Below are positions 1-10,009 of a DNA stretch of 27,511 bases, piece by piece. The stretch spans positions 1 through 27,511 of the IMG/VR virus record IMGVR_UViG_3300020403_002006. One strand, given 5' to 3'. The notes beneath the pieces are model-generated. The model did not search any database and was not told the origin of the DNA. It saw only the letters and a program-made list of their open reading frames with translations. Within the stretch, counting starts at the first letter, position 1. The number at the start of each line of letters is the position of its first letter. The translations under genes were made by a program, and so were the position numbers. The stretch is from a virus. Its lineage: Duplodnaviria > Caudoviricetes.

Positions 1-1
1 A

Positions 2-3000
2 GGAACAACTGCAACTGTAGCATACGTAAAACAAGACAGCATCAGTGAAGCAAGAGTTTACTTTAAAAACAAAAGTGGTGATTTTAAAATAGGATCAACA
101 CAGAATGACACTGAAATTGTAGAAATTACAACATACACTCCATTAGGTGGAGGAGCAGATCAAATACTAGACATGGGAAGTATTTTAGAAAGACACGCCG
201 ACAATGCCAACGCAGGTAAAATGCTTGTATTTGATTATGGATCAAACATTACTCCACAAGCAACTGATACTTTATTTGATTTAGAATATTGGTTATATAA
301 ACAAAAAGTAATACAAGGTATATCCAGTGATTCTAATCCACCAACAGATGTAAACAACGAATGGCAAAGGGTTTACAATATTCCTATTGTGCCACAGTCA
401 ACATTTACTGGTAAAAATAAAGAAGGTTACTATGCAATATACAAAAAGAATGCAAGTGGTTTTTATAGACTGCTAAATGGATTCACTATTGCTGATTCAG
501 ATAACTTTAAACATTTAGGTAACAAAATTAAAATTGTAAAAGGTGCAAGTGGTTACACTGCTATCATTACTGAGAAAGGTAACAACACCTTTAGCGAGCC
601 AGGAAGAATACATTTTATAGATAACCCTAATGGCACTGATGAGTGGAGACTAGGTGCAGACGTAAATTACAAGGGTGCTTGGAATCCAAATTACTTTTAT
701 TACACAGGTAACTTTGTAATATGGAATAATAATTTATACCAAGCAAAAACTAACATTGTACCAAGTGCGTTTGATTCTAGTTTATGGACTTTGCAAACTG
801 AAGAAATAGATTTAGTTGGTTATGTTCCTAACGATAGTGGCTTTACCATTGCAGGTGGAGACAGTGCTATAGGTACAAACAACTTAATAAGTTTCGGTAA
901 TGAAGTAAGTGTAAGCAATACGGGTGATGTATTAGCAACAACATTAAAGTATGGTGACCAACTAGACAGTGCATTATCAAGTCCTAAAATTGCAATTTAT
1001 AGATTGAACCAAGGTAGATATCAATATGATCAACTTATAAGTGCAGAATATAATGACGAAGCATTTGCAACATCAGTTGCAGTAAGCAACGATGGAAAAT
1101 TAATTGCCGTAGGTGCTCCATATAATAGTGTTACAGTCAATAATGGTGGCTGTGTTTACATTTATAAAAATGACAACGGAACATTTACATTAAATCAAAC
1201 TATAAGAGGCCCAGGTGATTTAATAAATGAAAGATTTGGAACTAAAGTAGAGTTTGACGGAAACAGACTTGTTGTTAATTCAAGTGGTGGAGATATCCTA
1301 GATGTTACAACCTTTGATGGTGATAAGGTTGGTAATGCAAAACCAGAAACAACATTTGATAATAACTTAACAAACTTTACAACACAATATTCTAATACAG
1401 GTGAAACACTTGTATATGAAAGAATCAATGACACATTAATATTTGGTCAATCATTAAACTTTGATAATTTAGATTTTGATTCAACTATTACTGGAAAGAA
1501 TGTATTGTTCTTTGGAGAGAATTTACATATCCAAAACAATCACATTTACATTGGATTGCCTAAACTTAAGAATCCTGACGAGTCAGTTCAAGGCAGAGTT
1601 TTAGACTATAGATTGCCTGCTACTACAAACATATGGACAAGACACAGAGTTGCAACTGATCAGGTGGACCTAAATAAATTAAAAGGTTCATTCTTGTACA
1701 ACACAAGAACTAAAAAGTTTATCACGTACTTAGATTACATTGATCCAATACAAGGTAAAATTGCTGGTCCGGCCGAACAAGAATTATATTACAAAGTTGA
1801 TTATGATCCTGCAACTTACACTAATGGAACATCTGGTCATGTAGATGTTACTAATTATGATTCAGATAATTTAGTAGGCAGACTGTGGTGGGATATAGGT
1901 GCAGTAAGATTCCTAGATCCTTATTCAGGCGGAATCATTAATGTGTCAAATAGATTCAACAAAAAATTTGACGGAACAAGTGTAGACATTTATGAATGGG
2001 TAGAAAGTAAATTACTACCTAGTGAATGGGACGCAGAAACAGATACAGAATCCGCTTTAGCACAAGGCATAAGTGGTACAAGTAAGTATGGTGACAATGC
2101 TTACTCTGTGAAAAGAGTTTACAACAAAAACACAGGTACATTTACAAATTATTATTACTACTGGGTAAAAAATAAAAAAACTACACCGGATATAGATTCA
2201 AGATCCATAAGTGCGTTTGATGTACAACAATTTATTGAAGCACCTGAAAAACAAGGATACAAATTTGTTAACTTGTTAGGTGATAATAAATTTAGTGTTC
2301 ATAATTGTGAGAGTCTAATAGAGGATAAAGACGTTGCAATTAATTTTAGATATTGGGTAATTGATAATCAAAACATAAACATACATAATCAATATCAATT
2401 GTTAACTGACAACTATGCACCTAGCAAACCTAACAAAGACGTTGAACGTAAATGGTTTGATAGTTTAATAGGTTTTGACGAACAGGAGAGAATTGTTCCT
2501 GATCCTGATGCAAGTCCTAAAGAAAAATATGGTATATTAAATGTACCAAGACAAAGTATGTTTATCAACAGGGTTGAAGCATTAAAACAAGTCATCGAAC
2601 GTGTAAACAGAAAACTTAAAATGAAAGTTATGGTTGATGACTTTGATCTAACACCGTTAAGTAATTTTGATAATGCTCCTGCAACCGTTGAAGGATATTA
2701 TGACAAAACAGTAAACAGTTATGCTGAACTAGAATTAGTTAACACAACTAAAAAAGAACAAGCAACATTGAATCCTATTATTGTAAATGGAAGAATTACA
2801 GATGTTCTAGTTGACAATCCAGGACGTGGATATGCAGTTGCACCTAGAGTAAAGATTACTGATTCACAGGGTAGTGGTGCAGAAGTAGAACTTACAATCA
2901 ATGCAATAGGATCTGTTACAGGCGTAACCATGCTTAAACATGGTGATGGATATTCAGACAACACAGTACTTACAGTTAGAAAATATTCTGTGCTTGTATC

Positions 3001-6000
3001 AGCAGACGAAAATTATAACAACAGATGGTCTGTATATGAATTCATAGGTGGCACTTCACCTTGGAACAAAACTAAAGGACAAAAATTTGATGTTAGACCT
3101 TTCTGGAGTTATGCAGATTGGTATGCAACAGGATACAACGAACTAACAGGCATCGATCATACTATTGATCAAAGTTACCAGTTAGGTGCGTTGGAAGATA
3201 ATTTAGGTGACATAGTAAAAATTAATACAGTAGGTGCGGGTGGTTGGCTCTTACTTAAGAAAAAAGACAGCCAGGCAACAAGTGATTATACTGTAAACTA
3301 TGATACCATTGGTAGACAAAATGCTACAATACAGTTTAGCAATTCATTGTATGACTATGCAAACAGTGAAGTTGGATTTGATGGTATAAGTTATGATGAA
3401 AATAGATATGATTTACAACCAGCAAAAGAAACTAGAATTATTTTAGAAACTTTAAGAGACAAACTATTTGTTGACGAACTTGAAGTAGAATATAATCAGT
3501 TATTCTTTGCGAGTTTAAGATATCTATTATCAGAACAACCATTTGTTGATTGGTTATTTAAAACTTCATTTATCAAAGCACAGCACAACGTTGGCGAGTT
3601 GCGTAAAGATATAACATACAACAACGATAACCTACCAAGTTATCAATCTTATGCTGAAGAAGTAAAACCATACAAAACAAAAATTAGAGAATTTGTAAGT
3701 AACTATGAAAAAATAGATACTACTGGCACAACGGTTACTGATTTTGATTTACCACAATACTACTTAGACACTGAAGGTAAAATTGTGCCACAAGAAATAA
3801 CAGTATCTAACAATGAATTCTTTAGCACAAATGCACAGACAAGTGTGTACCCAAGCAAACATTGGTTAGACAATGCAGGATTTGAAATAGAACAAATTAA
3901 TATCTCTAACGCAGGAAAAGGCTATCAGGTTGCACCTATTATTAAGATCACAGGTGGCGGCGGAACTGGTGCTACTGCTATTGCTTATGTTGGTGGTGGA
4001 AGAGTCACTGGTATTAAAGTAACCAACGGAGGTTATGGATACAAAAGTGCTCCTACAATTACACTTGAAGGATCAGTTGGAACAACAGGTATAGAAGCAA
4101 AAGCATCTGCACAATTAGGAAAAGGCAAAGCAAGGTCATTTAAAAATATTATTAAATTTGATCGAACAACAGATGAATTAGTGTTTGGTAAGTTTGACAT
4201 TGCATACTCTACAGGTGCAAGTGCAATACAAGGTGGACCTTTACAAGTTTCTACAACTATACCAGGTAGAGAATTAGAACAAGACTTTAGTGGTACAGGA
4301 AACAAATTTGTATTTGATCTTAAGTTCCCTATCACACTAGATAAAGAACGTTACAGAATATTAATTAAAGACAACAACAATCCTTTGAATGTTTGGACAG
4401 AAGTACTGCAAACAAGTTACACTCCAAGTAATGTAGCAGATGTTACTTTAGGAAGAAGCAGACAAAAAGGAAGAATTACGTTTGATACACCTCCGGCTAA
4501 CAATACTACACTAAGAATTAGATATCAAGTTGACAACGATTTCTTAACTTATGCTGATAGAGTACACTTCTTATACGAACCAATTGCAGGTATGCCTGAT
4601 AAGTTATTTGATCAACTAATGAAAGGCATTGACTATGGTGGTGTGCAGGTCAAAAGTTTTGACTTTGGCGGTGGTACTGGTTGGTCAAGTGATCCTTACT
4701 ACACATCTGCATATGACACGTATGATACAACTTATGAAGATGAAGTATTTAGAATTGATAATAGTACAAAAATATTTACATTTAAAAAAGCATTAGAAAC
4801 AAATGTTGTTTACAATGTTTACAAAAACAATGTAAGAATTGATGATCCTAATTATGGTACTGGAAATCCTGTAACAAATACAAATGCACTTATGCAAAGT
4901 ATTACTGGAGCAGGCCAAACAGGAATAAGTTTAACAGATGATCAGACTACAACAAATCTTGTTGTAATTGATGAAGAAGTTATACCAACAGTTGATAACG
5001 ATGTCATTGTAATTAGAAAAACAACTAGTGATGGTTCATTTATTCCAGATCCGAGAGCATATGACACAGCATTAAGTGGCGGTGCTTTAAATTACGGAAC
5101 TGCAACTGGACTAAACGCAGAAGATATTGTAGTAGATGGTGACGGATTTGTTACACCAACATCAAGTGGTGGGCCAGAAGAATTAGTACAAGGACAAGTA
5201 TTAGATACACTTGACATGAAAGTTTATGATAGAATAGGCGAAGGTGGTAGCATTGTTGATACTAGATCATATGATGTAGACACAGCAGGTACAGGAGTAT
5301 TTGACTTTGGTGTTTATCCGCAAAGTAAAGAAGGAATATTTGTTAAGAAAAACAATGTTATACTTGACCCAAGTGCTTATTCTGTAAACTTTAGAACAAA
5401 GAAAATTACAATACCAGGTTTATCTCTAAATGATAGAATTAATATTATTACAATGAGTGGTAATGGTGAGAAGATACTTGATATGGATCAGTTTACTGGC
5501 GATGGAAGTACATTACAATATGTAACACAGGTCAATTGGCAAGAAGGACTTACTTCATTTGTAACTGTTGATGGACAGATAGTTGATTATGTGATTGAAA
5601 CTACAGACAGCACATATGATACAACAAACAAAGTTGCTATAACGTTTGGTGCTTCTCCGGCAGTAGGTGCAGTAATAGATTATATGATTTATGCAAGTGA
5701 AAGTAAAGTGTTTTCAGAAATTAAGAAAGACAACTTTACAGCAGATGGAAGTACAGCAGTTTATACAATGAGTGTTACTCCATTTAGTTCATTACCATCT
5801 ACTCACAATATAATTGTAGAAACGTTTACAAATGCAAATGATAGAAGAGTATTAAATGCAGGATACAATGAACAGTTTACAGTAGAGGCAAACAAGTTTG
5901 AATATCAATTACGTAACTGGCAACAGCCTGGAGGTACACTAGGTGCTAATGATATTGATGTCTACCTTAATGGTAAAGTTTTAACATACACATCAGACTT

Positions 6001-7276
6001 TATCTTTAAGCCTGCCAATACAAGTGTAGAAATATTTGAGAACGTAGCAAACGCAGGTGACATATTAGAAATATTTGTTAAGACAGATGGTCAATATACT
6101 ATCAATGGCAACCAATTAACATTGACAACTCTGCCTGCAATAGATACAAAAGTTGTTGTAACACACTTTAGTAAACATGATATCCAAGCAATAGAAAGAA
6201 CAAACTTTGATATTGTTTCAAGATCTACTTTAAATGTTGGCTCTAAAGATGATTTAGAATACAAACAGTTACGCAATGGATTAATTAAATTAAGAAAACA
6301 AGCATACGATACTGAATTTGTTTGGTTAGTTGTTAATGGTAAAGTGTTAACACCTAATGTTGATTATGGATTAACAAACGATAATAAATTTATTAGAACA
6401 CTTAATCCATTTGCGGACAATGATGTTGTAGAAATAATTGAATTTGCAACAGAAGGTCCTATCACAGGTAAGTTCGGATATAGATTATTCAAAGATATGT
6501 TAAACAGAACTGTGTATAAACGTTTAGGAGATACAAACTCTTATAGATTAGCAAAAGATTTAGGGGTGTTTGACCAAGAAATAGTTATAGATGATGCAAG
6601 TAACTTACCAACACCAGATGTTACCAACAATATTCCAGGCATAATCTTTATAAATGCTGAACGTATTGAATACTTTGTTAAAGCAGGTAACAAATTACGT
6701 CAACTTAGACGTGGTACATTAGGTACTGGGGTAAAAGAATTACATAAAAAAGGTGATGAATTGTTCAACCAGGGTATAGACGAGACAATTCCATATCAAG
6801 ATAAATTATTAGTACAGAACTTCACTACTACAAACAGTTTAGTAAGTGGAAATTATGTTGAAAGAGAATATATTTTGGATTGGAACCCTGCAAGTCGTAA
6901 TGAAATGGAAGTATTCTTAGGAGGACAGCGTCTAACTAAAGGATATCTCAACAGCAATAACAATGCTGTAAAAGATGTATTCCATCCTACGACAGGAATG
7001 GACAGTCCAGAAGGTGATATTACAGTAACATTACCAACTTATCCTCAAACTTGGGGACTAGAACGTGATGGATTTAGAGTACAATACGATTCTAATACAA
7101 ATAGCACCAAAATTTATGTATATTCACTAGCAGATGGTGAGAAATTAACGGTAATACGTAAGCAAGGACAACTTTGGAATGATATTATAGACAGTACAAG
7201 CACCAAGAGTTTGGGTAGATCGGATAATCCTATCGCTCAGTTCATTCGTGCAAAGGAAGTGAAATTGCCAAACTAA
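2..7276 (+). CDS. Very large virion structural protein (baseplate wedge/tail-associated type), 5'-truncated, >2420 aa
   Basis: The frame of the listed ORF (173) is open back to base 2 (GTTATVAYVKQDSISEARVYF...), so the true start lies upstream of the window. It contains a CBM5/12-like W/Y motif (~668-790), FG-GAP-like blades (FGNEVSVS 893, FATSVAVSNDGKLIAVGAPY 1064, FGTKVEFDG 1235, FGENLHI 1511), GxGY..AP repeats typical of myovirus structural proteins (~2790-2955, ~3885-4075) and FTGDGS/FTADGS repeat modules (5492, 5735). It precedes the fibre genes. Confidence 0.75.
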   Translation, partial: GTTATVAYVKQDSISEARVYFKNKSGDFKIGSTQNDTEIVEITTYTPLGGGADQILDMGSILERHADNANAGKMLVFDYGSNITPQATDTLFDLEYWLYKQKVIQGISSDSNPPTDVNNEWQRVYNIPIVPQSTFTGKNKEGYYAIYKKNASGFYRLLNGFTIADSDNFKHLGNKIKIVKGASGYTAIITEKGNNTFSEPGRIHFIDNPNGTDEWRLGADVNYKGAWNPNYFYYTGNFVIWNNNLYQAKTNIVPSAFDSSLWTLQTEEIDLVGYVPNDSGFTIAGGDSAIGTNNLISFGNEVSVSNTGDVLATTLKYGDQLDSALSSPKIAIYRLNQGRYQYDQLISAEYNDEAFATSVAVSNDGKLIAVGAPYNSVTVNNGGCVYIYKNDNGTFTLNQTIRGPGDLINERFGTKVEFDGNRLVVNSSGGDILDVTTFDGDKVGNAKPETTFDNNLTNFTTQYSNTGETLVYERINDTLIFGQSLNFDNLDFDSTITGKNVLFFGENLHIQNNHIYIGLPKLKNPDESVQGRVLDYRLPATTNIWTRHRVATDQVDLNKLKGSFLYNTRTKKFITYLDYIDPIQGKIAGPAEQELYYKVDYDPATYTNGTSGHVDVTNYDSDNLVGRLWWDIGAVRFLDPYSGGIINVSNRFNKKFDGTSVDIYEWVESKLLPSEWDAETDTESALAQGISGTSKYGDNAYSVKRVYNKNTGTFTNYYYYWVKNKKTTPDIDSRSISAFDVQQFIEAPEKQGYKFVNLLGDNKFSVHNCESLIEDKDVAINFRYWVIDNQNINIHNQYQLLTDNYAPSKPNKDVERKWFDSLIGFDEQERIVPDPDASPKEKYGILNVPRQSMFINRVEALKQVIERVNRKLKMKVMVDDFDLTPLSNFDNAPATVEGYYDKTVNSYAELELVNTTKKEQATLNPIIVNGRITDVLVDNPGRGYAVAPRVKITDSQGSGAEVELTINAIGSVTGVTMLKHGDGYSDNTVLTVRKYSVLVSADENYNNRWSVYEFIGGTSPWNKTKGQKFDVRPFWSYADWYATGYNELTGIDHTIDQSYQLGALEDNLGDIVKINTVGAGGWLLLKKKDSQATSDYTVNYDTIGRQNATIQFSNSLYDYANSEVGFDGISYDENRYDLQPAKETRIILETLRDKLFVDELEVEYNQLFFASLRYLLSEQPFVDWLFKTSFIKAQHNVGELRKDITYNNDNLPSYQSYAEEVKPYKTKIREFVSNYEKIDTTGTTVTDFDLPQYYLDTEGKIVPQEITVSNNEFFSTNAQTSVYPSKHWLDNAGFEIEQINISNAGKGYQVAPIIKITGGGGTGATAIAYVGGGRVTGIKVTNGGYGYKSAPTITLEGSVGTTGIEAKASAQLGKGKARSFKNIIKFDRTTDELVFGKFDIAYSTGASAIQGGPLQVSTTIPGRELEQDFSGTGNKFVFDLKFPITLDKERYRILIKDNNNPLNVWTEVLQTSYTPSNVADVTLGRSRQKGRITFDTPPANNTTLRIRYQVDNDFLTYADRVHFLYEPIAGMPDKLFDQLMKGIDYGGVQVKSFDFGGGTGWSSDPYYTSAYDTYDTTYEDEVFRIDNSTKIFTFKKALETNVVYNVYKNNVRIDDPNYGTGNPVTNTNALMQSITGAGQTGISLTDDQTTTNLVVIDEEVIPTVDNDVIVIRKTTSDGSFIPDPRAYDTALSGGALNYGTATGLNAEDIVVDGDGFVTPTSSGGPEELVQGQVLDTLDMKVYDRIGEGGSIVDTRSYDVDTAGTGVFDFGVYPQSKEGIFVKKNNVILDPSAYSVNFRTKKITIPGLSLNDRINIITMSGNGEKILDMDQFTGDGSTLQYVTQVNWQEGLTSFVTVDGQIVDYVIETTDSTYDTTNKVAITFGASPAVGAVIDYMIYASESKVFSEIKKDNFTADGSTAVYTMSVTPFSSLPSTHNIIVETFTNANDRRVLNAGYNEQFTVEANKFEYQLRNWQQPGGTLGANDIDVYLNGKVLTYTSDFIFKPANTSVEIFENVANAGDILEIFVKTDGQYTINGNQLTLTTLPAIDTKVVVTHFSKHDIQAIERTNFDIVSRSTLNVGSKDDLEYKQLRNGLIKLRKQAYDTEFVWLVVNGKVLTPNVDYGLTNDNKFIRTLNPFADNDVVEIIEFATEGPITGKFGYRLFKDMLNRTVYKRLGDTNSYRLAKDLGVFDQEIVIDDASNLPTPDVTNNIPGIIFINAERIEYFVKAGNKLRQLRRGTLGTGVKELHKKGDELFNQGIDETIPYQDKLLVQNFTTTNSLVSGNYVEREYILDWNPASRNEMEVFLGGQRLTKGYLNSNNNAVKDVFHPTTGMDSPEGDITVTLPTYPQTWGLERDGFRVQYDSNTNSTKIYVYSLADGEKLTVIRKQGQLWNDIIDSTSTKSLGRSDNPIAQFIRAKEVKLPN

Positions 7277-7282
7277 TAAATA
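7275..7282 (+). promoter_or_regulatory. T4-type late promoter box (AATAAATA)
   Basis: 7/8 match to the T4 late consensus TATAAATA, overlapping the upstream stop codon and followed by AGGA and ATG 7301. Related boxes occur at 12074, 14531, 23441 and 23458. Confidence 0.6.
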
Positions 7283-7300
7283 CAATGTAGGAAAGATAAA

Positions 7301-7915
7301 ATGACAGACAACATATTTGACAAATCCGGGTTTAGCGTTCAAGGACATATACACATCTTTGATCCTTCTTCTGGTGAAACTATTATTAATAAACGTAATG
7401 CAATCCATTATGAAAACATGAGTATTGCGTTAGCAGAATCACTATCTAATGCTGGACAAGGCTTTGTATATGAAATGGCGTTTGGAAATGGTGGTACTAG
7501 TGTTGATCCTACAGGCATTATTACATACCTTACTCCAAATAGCACAGGCGTAAACGCAAGTCTTTACAATCAAACGTATATTAAAGTTGTAGATGATCAG
7601 AGTGCGAACAACACTGATCCAAATAGAAACAAAATTGAAACTAGACACGTAACAGGAACAAATTACACTGACATTTTAGTCAGTACAATATTAGATTACG
7701 GTGAACCATCAGGTCAAGATGCAAATGATACTGCACAGAACACATCAAGTAATTTTGTGTTTGATGAATTAGGACTTGTAAGTTATTCACCAACAGGTAA
7801 TGGAAAACTTTTAACACACGTAATTTTCCATCCTGTACAAAAAAGTTTGAATAGATTAATCCAAATTGATTATACATTGAGAGTTCAAAGTTTAACTGGA
7901 TTTAACGAGGGGTAA
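7301..7915 (+). CDS. Probable virion/baseplate structural protein, 204 aa
   Basis: Clean ORF with SD (AGGA) and a late box, located between the giant structural gene and the fibre genes. Beta-rich, with no enzyme motif. Confidence 0.55.
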   Translation: MTDNIFDKSGFSVQGHIHIFDPSSGETIINKRNAIHYENMSIALAESLSNAGQGFVYEMAFGNGGTSVDPTGIITYLTPNSTGVNASLYNQTYIKVVDDQSANNTDPNRNKIETRHVTGTNYTDILVSTILDYGEPSGQDANDTAQNTSSNFVFDELGLVSYSPTGNGKLLTHVIFHPVQKSLNRLIQIDYTLRVQSLTGFNEG

Positions 7916-7918
7916 TAG

Positions 7919-10009
7919 ATGGCATATACCATAAATTATACTGACTCCAATAAAGGTAGTATAGTAATCGAAGACTCTACTATTGATCAAACAACCAGTT
8001 TAAGCATTCCTGGTAAGAATACAACGGAGTATGGTACACAGATAGGACAAAACTTTTTGCGAATGTTGGAAAACTTTGCAAACAACTCTGCTCCTAGCAA
8101 TCCGATCGAAGGACAGTTATGGTATGATAGTACAGCAGGTACAGATTTACTTAAAGTATATGATGGTACTACTTGGCAAGAAGCAGGTGGTATTAAACGT
8201 GCCTCAAGTGCACCTAGTGTAAGTGCAAGTAATCCAGGAGACCTTTGGGTTGATACAGATAACCAACAATTATATTTGTTCACAGGTACAGGTTGGGTAT
8301 TAGTAGGTCCAGAATTCAGTGAAGGTTTAGCCGCAGGTATCAAACCTGAAGTAGTTACAGGTAATGATGATGTAAACTACACAATTTTAAAAATGGAGGC
8401 AGGTGGTAACCTAATAGGTATTATAAGTGCTAATGAGTTTTCACCTAAACAAAAATTTGCAGGATTTGATAATCCATTAAAGACAGGTATAAATTTATCT
8501 AATTTAAGTTTAAACAGTCAGGGTGTTCCTAAATTCTACGGAACGGCAGATTCCGCTGACAACTTAATGGTTGGAAGTACAAAAGTAAGTTCAGCAAGTT
8601 TTATTAGAGCAGATCAAGAATCAACTTCATCAAGTAAATTAAATGTTGCAAACAATTCAGGGATAGTTGTTGGTAGTGATGCAAAAATAAGTATTGGCAT
8701 TGAAGCAACTGCTGGTGTAATTACACAACAGACAGCAGGTAGTCCAGTTGATTTTAAAACTAATGACGCAGGAAACATAGCGACAAGAGTAAGAATAGAT
8801 TCAACAGGGCAAGTAGGTATAGGAACAATAAGTCCTTCAGCAAAAGTTGATATTGCTGGTAACTTAAAAACTTCAGGCATATATGAAAATTCAAATATTA
8901 CACAATCATCAAACACTGGTACAGGTTCAATAGTAACTGCTGGTGGAGTAGGTATTGCAAAAAGTGCCTACATAGGTGAAAGTTTGAATGTTGCTGGTTC
9001 AGTAACCACTGGTGATATAGTACCACAGGTAAACAACAATAAAAATATAGGTACATCAACAAACAAATATGCAAACATTCATGCTACAAACATTTTTGGA
9101 AATGTTACAGGTAACGTAAGCGGAACAATTACAGGTAGATCAGGTTCAACAGATAAACTTGCAAGTAGAACTACATTTAAAGTACAAGGTGATGTTAGTG
9201 CCGCTGACGTGCAGTTTGATGGACAATTTACAGACACTGGTGAAACAAGTTTACAAAAAGTATTTCAAACAAGCATTGATCCTGCGTTTATTTCAAACAA
9301 AACAGCAGTTGACGTTTCGCAGTTTGACGATGAATTTTTAATTACAAGAGTAACAGATTTAGATGGTAATGGAACAGGTGTTAGAAAGATTTCAAGAAAT
9401 AACTTGTTTAATGCTTTACCAGTTAATCCATTAGGAATGGTAGTACCATATGCAGTGCCGGCCGACAATATTCCTGCAGATTTAACTGCATGGCAACTAT
9501 GTGATGGTAGGGAATTGTTTATTTCTTCCTACGGACAACTGTTTCAATTGATAGGTTATACTTATAAAGCACAAAGTGAAACTACTGCTGGTAAATTTGC
9601 TTTACCAGACTTAAGAGGTAGATTTCCATTAGGTAAAGATAACATGGGCGGAACTTCTGCAAACAGAGTAACTGGTACTTCAGCAGACCAAGAAGGTTTA
9701 TTTGCAGGTGGTGAAACAAAAGTAATTGCTGTAGAGAACTTACCAGACCATGAACATGATTTAAAATCTGAAGAAAACTATCAGTTCTATGCAATTAGAG
9801 ATGGTAATCCAGCAAACAGCATTGGACAAGGATCTTCAGTAATAGTATTTGATGCTCCAACAGGAACAAGTGCAGGCCAGGCTTATCCTAAATCAGGAGG
9901 AGTAATAACACAAACTGGAGCAGGACAACCACAAGACGTAATGAATCCATACTTAACAATGAATTATCTAATGTACACAGGTAATCCAGAAGGGTCAGGG
10001 GCAGTTTAA
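7919..10009 (+). CDS. Tail fibre-like protein with C-terminal phage tail-collar domain, 696 aa
   Basis: SD GAGGGG. Tail-collar signature PLGMVVPYA...WQLCDGRELFISSYGQLFQLIGYTY...FALPDLRGRFPLG (~9428-9634), followed by LPDHEHDL (HxH) and PYLTMNYLM. The N-terminal ~130 aa are shared with the next two genes. Confidence 0.8.
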   Translation: MAYTINYTDSNKGSIVIEDSTIDQTTSLSIPGKNTTEYGTQIGQNFLRMLENFANNSAPSNPIEGQLWYDSTAGTDLLKVYDGTTWQEAGGIKRASSAPSVSASNPGDLWVDTDNQQLYLFTGTGWVLVGPEFSEGLAAGIKPEVVTGNDDVNYTILKMEAGGNLIGIISANEFSPKQKFAGFDNPLKTGINLSNLSLNSQGVPKFYGTADSADNLMVGSTKVSSASFIRADQESTSSSKLNVANNSGIVVGSDAKISIGIEATAGVITQQTAGSPVDFKTNDAGNIATRVRIDSTGQVGIGTISPSAKVDIAGNLKTSGIYENSNITQSSNTGTGSIVTAGGVGIAKSAYIGESLNVAGSVTTGDIVPQVNNNKNIGTSTNKYANIHATNIFGNVTGNVSGTITGRSGSTDKLASRTTFKVQGDVSAADVQFDGQFTDTGETSLQKVFQTSIDPAFISNKTAVDVSQFDDEFLITRVTDLDGNGTGVRKISRNNLFNALPVNPLGMVVPYAVPADNIPADLTAWQLCDGRELFISSYGQLFQLIGYTYKAQSETTAGKFALPDLRGRFPLGKDNMGGTSANRVTGTSADQEGLFAGGETKVIAVENLPDHEHDLKSEENYQFYAIRDGNPANSIGQGSSVIVFDAPTGTSAGQAYPKSGGVITQTGAGQPQDVMNPYLTMNYLMYTGNPEGSGAV

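Noticed and set aside
173-175. ATG 173 as the start of the giant gene
   Set aside because: The frame is open to base 2 with similar composition, so the gene most likely starts upstream of the window.
9159-9341. 60-aa plus-strand ORF inside the tail-collar gene
   Set aside because: Non-ATG start, no SD, no motif.
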